From Bacteroidales bacterium (GTDB lineage: Bacteria; Bacteroidota; Bacteroidia; Bacteroidales; UBA10428): DNA of 64,000 nucleotides. The stretch lies in assembly GCA_035913795.1 (NCBI GenBank), contig JAMIIA010000116.1, positions 1,095-65,094 of the forward strand. Direction: 5' to 3'. The notes below the pieces were generated by a model. The model saw only the letters and a list, made by a program, of their open reading frames with translations. It was not told the DNA's origin and made no database searches. A program made the translations under genes and the position numbers. Every line of letters begins with the position of its first letter. The stretch's first letter is position 1. Positions 58,997 through 64,000 of the stretch are shown here, piece by piece.

Positions 58997-61900
58997 TTAC
59001 TTGGCAACAAAAATTGGCTTAACTAAAAGACTAAGCCTTGATATGAGACGTGTTAATAAACCCCTTACTCTTTGCCTTTGGAATAACGAAGCGACTTTGA
59101 AGAAAACATCGTAAACCAGTGCAAAATAGAGAATCAATACCATACAAACCAGAACCCCAAAATTAAACCAGTAGGTTTCGATATAGAAATTACCTAAACG
59201 TTTTACCGGAGAATAAAAATGCGCCCTACCCCACCTGTTTTCCGGCATATGATAGATGGGCTCTGCTTTGCGAATAATGCTATGCTCCTTTACCAGAATC
59301 TTCTGTTTTTCGTCGTTGGAAAGCACAATAGCTGAAAGTTCTTCGTTGTAATGCTTCTCCTTGAGATCCAATAATTCCGCTGGATTTTCAAAAAGGGTTT
59401 TAATCTTCTCAATTTTATTGTCGCGGCTATCAATGGCTTCGGGGAGTGCCTGAATAAAATAATTACGTACACAATCCAGCATGACCTCAATGTTGCTATA
59501 AACAGAAATATTGAATTGTCTGGCCTGTATGGGTTGAAAATCCTGAATGCAAACAGAATTATAATTCTGAAGTTTAAGCATTTCGGTATTGATTAGATCA
59601 ATTTTATTTCTCAGTTTCTCAAATTCTCCCGGATTCATTGCCAGGTATTTAAGTTCGGCTAATTGTTGCTGAAGGGTGGGTATGTAATAGTTGAGATAAT
59701 AACCTATTTCAGACACTTTCTGGTCATAAGAATACAATTGACTCTGAAAATCGTTTCTTTTAAACTGATGCACCATGAGAGCTTCATAAGCCCACCGGGT
59801 TGGAATCAGATCGCCAATAAGGGGTACGTATTCCTGATGCGTGATATATCTGTTTAATTTATCAAATTGAATCATCGACCCACCCAACAACAGCTGGGGT
59901 AAGAGCAATAGTGGAATGAGTATATAAATTGAAATGAGTTTAGTGACACTGGCTGAGATATTTAAACCTATAAATGCAGCAACAAGTGACAAAAGCCAAT
60001 ACTGCAGCCAGAAATGAAACAGCATGCCCTTAATCTCAAGAACTTTGCTGCTGATAATGACAAAAACCAACATCTGGATACCCAATACAATTCCTAAAAA
60101 AAGCAACTTTGAATGGAGATAGCTTCTTTTATTCAGGTTCAGGTAAACTTCGTGTTTAAGTATTTTCTTGTGACCAATAATTTCTTCCGCACTAAGCATA
60201 AGTCCGATAAAAACAGCCACAATTACACCCATAAACAAGTGCATTGGCAGATTGACATTCCCAAAAAAACTGTATGCAGCCATATCGGTTGATGTTCCGG
60301 ATTGATACCGAGAAATCCAGCATATAATGATGGCAAGGAGCGGTACCTCAAGTGCATTAATCCACAAAAACTGTTTGTTCGAAATCCGCGCAAAAATATT
60401 ACGTAGGCTAAAAATCTTCCACTGCTGCCAGGGCTGTGTGTTTTGTGTCTCCGCTTTTGGTAAACTGATTTTTTTTATGGCAGAGAGATTAATTTCCTTG
60501 CGCTGATTTTGAGTATAAAGTTGGTACCAATCTTCTGGCGAAATTTGTCTCTCAGCAGTATAATCGCCAAAATCGTCGACCCCGGGTGCTTCAATTATCT
60601 GCATAAGATCTTCTGGCCTGACAATTCCGCATTTTAGGCATTCTATACCTGGCGAATGCACCATTTGTAAGGCATTCTTCAGGTAATCAAAAGCTCGAAG
60701 AGGTTGACCATAATAGACAAATCTACCCCCTTTATCGAGCAAAATGAGCTTATCAAACTGTTTAAACGAATGGCCCGAAGGTTCCTGCAGGCTGACAAAT
60801 ACCAGTATACCCTTGTAGCTTAGCTGTTTGATCTGATTGATAATTTTTTCCGAATCGTCGATGGATAAACCCGCTACCGGATTATCGACAAAAATGATTT
60901 TAGGACTGCGAATTAGCTCGAGCGCCAGATTGATAAGTTTTCTTTGAAGGTCGGTAATGGTTTTGTCCTTTAAGTTTCCGACTTTCTGATCTTTTATTGA
61001 GAATATAGACAGACTATGCAACACCTTAAATATCCGACGGTAAATTTTTTCTTTCGAATCATTCTTAAAACATAAACAAGCCCTATAATAAAGATTTTGA
61101 AATACACTTAACTCCTCCATCAACAGATCGTCCTCGGGCATATATCCGATTAAACCTTCTATTGCAGGTTTTTCTTTATGAATATCGTGGCCATTTAAAA
61201 GAACAACACCCGAGCTTGGCGCAATACTTCCATTGAGCAAGTTAATAAGCAATGATTTTCCTACGCCTCTGCGCCCAACAATTCCTATTAACTGACCTGA
61301 TTCTTCCATTAGATTAAAAGGTTCCACCATGGCATTTTCCCCGGCTGAAGAATGGGATACTTGGTAGGCCATAAACTCAAGCTTTTGATGATGCTCTTCC
61401 TTTAAAAATAGTTTAAGAATATTGCTATACCCTATTTCACCTAAAAGAGGACTTTTAATCGAATCGTCTGAATTAAAAAAACTAATAGTGTTGAGTTCAA
61501 TCTGCTGGTCGTTAAGGTAAAGCTGATCGTCGGAAACCACTTGTTTAAAAATACACAGATCAATGGCGCGGAGCATCATAAACACTATTTTCCCATTGAG
61601 AAACTCGCGATAAATATGCTTAAATCCCTCTTCAGGAGGTGTTTTACTTACAAACAACACCCTGTCTTTATAATGAATTTCCTGGAAACGGTCAAAAACA
61701 AACGAAAAGCAATCGTTGAAGAGGAGATCATCGATTCGCAGAGAATGAGCAATGGTTTTAATAAAATCTATTTCATCCAACTCTTTGCATCCGGTTTGCG
61801 AAAGAATTTCGAGAATATGGATAAGAACAATTATTCTTTCTTTGCGCGATAAATGGGCATTGATTTCTTCGCAGATAATTACAGCCTTTACCGAAAATAG

Positions 61901-62116
61901 CGACAATTGTTTCTTTCCTGTTTTTATTTCCCTTTCGCGCATACTGCTATGGTAAAAATCGTACATAATGAGCGATTGATTCACCAAATCCGATTTCACT
62001 ATAAGCTTCAGGTAATTTCCGATAACTCCGCGAGCAATGGCTGTTTCGCGAATGCTATGCACTTGCGAAACAATAGCAAAAAGACGCATAACCGATTTGA
62101 GAACAGGAGCCTTCAT
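58997..62116 (-). CDS. ABCG-like half-transporter (NBD-TMD order, ABC-2 permease) with an N-terminal extra domain and substituted catalytic motifs
   Basis: 1039-aa ORF. The Walker A 'GRRGVGKS' is intact. Alignment by eye with ABCG2 places E at the Q-loop Gln, 'ITDLQ' at 'VSGGE', 'FVDNP' at 'LDEP' and 'SLQEP' at 'SIHQP'. ABC-2 TM helices span residues ~585-745, and a final TM at ~980-1003 follows an insertion of about 190 aa. Confidence 0.75.
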   Translation of the reverse strand: MKAPVLKSVMRLFAIVSQVHSIRETAIARGVIGNYLKLIVKSDLVNQSLIMYDFYHSSMREREIKTGKKQLSLFSVKAVIICEEINAHLSRKERIIVLIHILEILSQTGCKELDEIDFIKTIAHSLRIDDLLFNDCFSFVFDRFQEIHYKDRVLFVSKTPPEEGFKHIYREFLNGKIVFMMLRAIDLCIFKQVVSDDQLYLNDQQIELNTISFFNSDDSIKSPLLGEIGYSNILKLFLKEEHHQKLEFMAYQVSHSSAGENAMVEPFNLMEESGQLIGIVGRRGVGKSLLINLLNGSIAPSSGVVLLNGHDIHKEKPAIEGLIGYMPEDDLLMEELSVFQNLYYRACLCFKNDSKEKIYRRIFKVLHSLSIFSIKDQKVGNLKDKTITDLQRKLINLALELIRSPKIIFVDNPVAGLSIDDSEKIINQIKQLSYKGILVFVSLQEPSGHSFKQFDKLILLDKGGRFVYYGQPLRAFDYLKNALQMVHSPGIECLKCGIVRPEDLMQIIEAPGVDDFGDYTAERQISPEDWYQLYTQNQRKEINLSAIKKISLPKAETQNTQPWQQWKIFSLRNIFARISNKQFLWINALEVPLLAIIICWISRYQSGTSTDMAAYSFFGNVNLPMHLFMGVIVAVFIGLMLSAEEIIGHKKILKHEVYLNLNKRSYLHSKLLFLGIVLGIQMLVFVIISSKVLEIKGMLFHFWLQYWLLSLVAAFIGLNISASVTKLISIYILIPLLLLPQLLLGGSMIQFDKLNRYITHQEYVPLIGDLIPTRWAYEALMVHQFKRNDFQSQLYSYDQKVSEIGYYLNYYIPTLQQQLAELKYLAMNPGEFEKLRNKIDLINTEMLKLQNYNSVCIQDFQPIQARQFNISVYSNIEVMLDCVRNYFIQALPEAIDSRDNKIEKIKTLFENPAELLDLKEKHYNEELSAIVLSNDEKQKILVKEHSIIRKAEPIYHMPENRWGRAHFYSPVKRLGNFYIETYWFNFGVLVCMVLILYFALVYDVFFKVASLFQRQRVRGLLTRLISRLSLLVKPIFVAK

Positions 62117-62348
62117 ACTGCCGTAAATTTCACACCCAACTTAAACTATTATTCTATACAAAGCAAAGTAGTTTTTTAACATCGGTATTTAAGGTTAAAA
62201 AATTATAAATTTGAACGTAAAATTTTCAGAGTTGGAGAAGAAGCTATCAGCAAATGTTGAAGAAAGCAGCAAACTGATGATGTCTGACTTTTATATTTTA
62301 TTGTGAAGCAGAAAGAAAGACTTAGCTTTTGTTTTACTAAGTTGTAAA

Positions 62349-64000
62349 ATGATTGATTTCCTGAAAAATGATTTATCTGTGAAGGCTGCAAACCAATCCA
62401 TATTCGTTGTAATTCTGCTTTTTTCTTCTCTCTTACTAAAGGCACAATGGGACGAGAAGGGCGATACAATTGGTTTAATGCCAATTCCTCTGCAAACAGA
62501 TTCTATTTTTATAATAAAAAATGGGTTCCCGATTTCCAACAATCAAAAAAAATCCAATCAATTTTTCGATACTTTGGCTGCCATCACCGGAAAACGAAAC
62601 TGGTCGAGCGAATTGTATCGTCTCATCGTCCAAAACCCAGCGAAGGAAGATGTAAATACTAAATTAGAAGTAGATCGTTCTCAGGTCTTTGCTGTACACC
62701 AAAACAAGATTATTCGTAAAATAATTATCCGCCAATTAGATGTTTTTGGTCCTTCAATTTTCGACACAGCCCACAAAGCAGACAACTGGTCGGAGAAAAT
62801 GGGAAATTCGGTCCATATCGCAACCAGCAAAAGGTTTATAACCAATTCGTTGTTTTTTGCCGAGGGCGAAAGAGTCGATCCTTACCTTATTGCTCATAAC
62901 GAAAGGGTATTACGCAGTATACCCAGCATTCAGGATTCCAGGTTTTACATAATTCCGGTGGAGGGATCGTGGAACGAAGTAGATATATTGATAGTAACCA
63001 AAGACGTAATGCCTTATGGTTTTAGCTGGGAGGTATTTGATGTAGCTTATGGACAAGCAAGTATATGGAATACCAATCTTCTGGGTTTCGGGCATGGTTT
63101 TAATTATACGGTTTATTACAACCTGAACAGGGAACCAAATTACGGTTACAGTCTGGCCTATCGCATAAATAACATAAGCAATACCTTTTTTAGTTTGGAT
63201 TTACAACATACTAACCGGGATAAATACCTTTCTTCAAGTTTCAATATAGAACGAAATTTTATTTCACCAGTTATTCGTTTTGCAGGGGGCTTAGCCTCTG
63301 GAAAAACAAAACGAATTTTTTCCCTCGAAACCATAGACTCTACCTTAGGAAATACTACCGCTGAAAACATCTACAACGATATCTGGGGTGGGTATTCACA
63401 GCCCATTGAAAGCACAAATGATTTTAACCTGCGCAAAGACTTTTTCGTTACTGCCCGGACCCATACAATTAATTTTATCGAACGGCCAGAAGTAAGAGAA
63501 AACTACCTTTACCAATACCACAATCGCAGATTATATTTGTTATCTACAGGCCTTGTCTGGCAGGGATACCATATCACCAACCTGGTTTACAACTTCGGAA
63601 ACACCGAAGACTTACCCTATGGAGCGATGATTAAATTAACAGGAGGGTATGAAGAAAGTGAATTTTCGAATCGACCCTATTTTGGTTCCACCATTAGCGT
63701 CTCCAAATATTTCTCAAAATATGGATACTTTTTATCGGGACTCGATATAGGTGGATTTTACAGGAGCGAAATTGAACAAGGAACCATTAATTATAACTTT
63801 CAGTATATCACCCCTTTGATGGGAAGTTTCAGGCATCAATGCCGGAACTTTGTTACTCTTCAATATGTAAATGGCATTAACCGCTTCGAGGATGAATTTA
63901 CAGCCATTGAAAGCCGGTATAAAATTCGTGGTATCAACAACCAATTGATAAGGGGTAATAAACGTATGAACATCAGCAATGAACTGGTTTATTATTCTCC
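62349..64000 (+). CDS. Omp85/BamA-superfamily-like outer-membrane protein, 5' part (continues beyond the window)
   Basis: My own translation shows an open frame from the ATG at 62349 to the window end (550 codons, no stop). It reads MIDFLKNDLSVKAANQSIFVVILLFSSLLLKAQW...IIRKIIIRQLDVFGPSIFD...ERVLRSIPSIQDSRFYIIPVEGSWNEVDILIVTKDV (POTRA-like), then a Tyr/Gly/Asn-rich beta-strand pattern. It is absent from the ORF track because there is no stop codon. Confidence 0.6.
   Translation, partial: MIDFLKNDLSVKAANQSIFVVILLFSSLLLKAQWDEKGDTIGLMPIPLQTDSIFIIKNGFPISNNQKKSNQFFDTLAAITGKRNWSSELYRLIVQNPAKEDVNTKLEVDRSQVFAVHQNKIIRKIIIRQLDVFGPSIFDTAHKADNWSEKMGNSVHIATSKRFITNSLFFAEGERVDPYLIAHNERVLRSIPSIQDSRFYIIPVEGSWNEVDILIVTKDVMPYGFSWEVFDVAYGQASIWNTNLLGFGHGFNYTVYYNLNREPNYGYSLAYRINNISNTFFSLDLQHTNRDKYLSSSFNIERNFISPVIRFAGGLASGKTKRIFSLETIDSTLGNTTAENIYNDIWGGYSQPIESTNDFNLRKDFFVTARTHTINFIERPEVRENYLYQYHNRRLYLLSTGLVWQGYHITNLVYNFGNTEDLPYGAMIKLTGGYEESEFSNRPYFGSTISVSKYFSKYGYFLSGLDIGGFYRSEIEQGTINYNFQYITPLMGSFRHQCRNFVTLQYVNGINRFEDEFTAIESRYKIRGINNQLIRGNKRMNISNELVYYS

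Noticed and set aside
1-64000. Scan for CRISPR arrays, IS elements, transposases, integrases, prophage genes, toxin-antitoxin pairs, reverse transcriptases and known defence-system genes
   Set aside because: I found no repeat-spacer periodicity. No ORF has transposase, integrase, RT or nuclease-NTPase signatures. The only repeat-like items are the tRNA fragment and short AT-rich units near the tRNAs. The window appears to be core chromosome.

Overview
This is a chromosomal, mostly housekeeping segment that looks like Bacteroidota. The evidence is a T9SS C-terminal sorting domain, a GYDIA-type GHMP kinase, many lipobox lipoproteins, an archaeal-type ProRS ending in ...ARSY, and very few Shine-Dalgarno sequences. 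I support about 60 protein genes, two tRNA-Leu genes and several intrinsic terminators.

Landmarks in order:
- 1-10.5 kb (minus strand): a co-directional block joining a mevalonate-pathway cluster (two GHMP kinases, diphosphomevalonate decarboxylase, class II HMG-CoA reductase, IDI-2) to leucine/isovalerate catabolic genes (acyl-CoA dehydrogenase, methylcrotonyl-CoA carboxylase alpha and beta, crotonase).
- 10.6-11.7 kb: two thioredoxin-fold proteins.
- 12.2-17.8 kb: a seven-gene Mrp/Mnh cation:proton antiporter operon.
- 18-23 kb: a T9SS cargo protein, then an operon of PLP decarboxylase, an AmgK-like kinase fused to a RapZ C-terminal domain, an unlisted 40-aa Cys4 ORF, and a MurU-like nucleotidyltransferase.
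- 23.5-25.6 kb: aat, tandem tRNA-Leu(GAG) and tRNA-Leu(CAG), and a PKD lipoprotein.
- 25.9-29.1 kb: thrS-infC-rpmI-rplT.
- 29.2-42.8 kb: dapB, two signal peptidase I paralogues, NfnAB-like oxidoreductase, larC-larB, WbqC, a STAS protein, a CoA-transferase, a YidE/YbjL-type transporter and a DinB-family protein.
- 42.8-45.8 kb: an outer-membrane barrel plus an extremely Tyr/Ser-rich lipoprotein.
- 45.9-53.1 kb: proS, an M49 (DPP III-like) lipoprotein, a YtxH triad, an AI-2E transporter, an AraC regulator and a VOC protein.
- 53.7-55.8 kb: NikR, divergent from an outer-membrane barrel gene broken by a T8 homopolymer frameshift.
- 56.0-58.8 kb: ppdK.
- 59.0-64.0 kb: a 1039-aa ABCG-like protein whose ATPase catalytic motifs are all substituted, divergent from an Omp85-like gene that runs off the window.

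I saw no CRISPR array, rRNA, transposase, integrase, phage genes or recognisable defence system.

The items most worth a second look are the degenerate ABCG-like protein, the AmgK::RapZ_C fusion operon, the Liu-mevalonate supercluster, the Tyr-rich lipoprotein/barrel pair and the NikR-linked frameshifted porin.

All family assignments come from motif recognition by eye. No database search was run.
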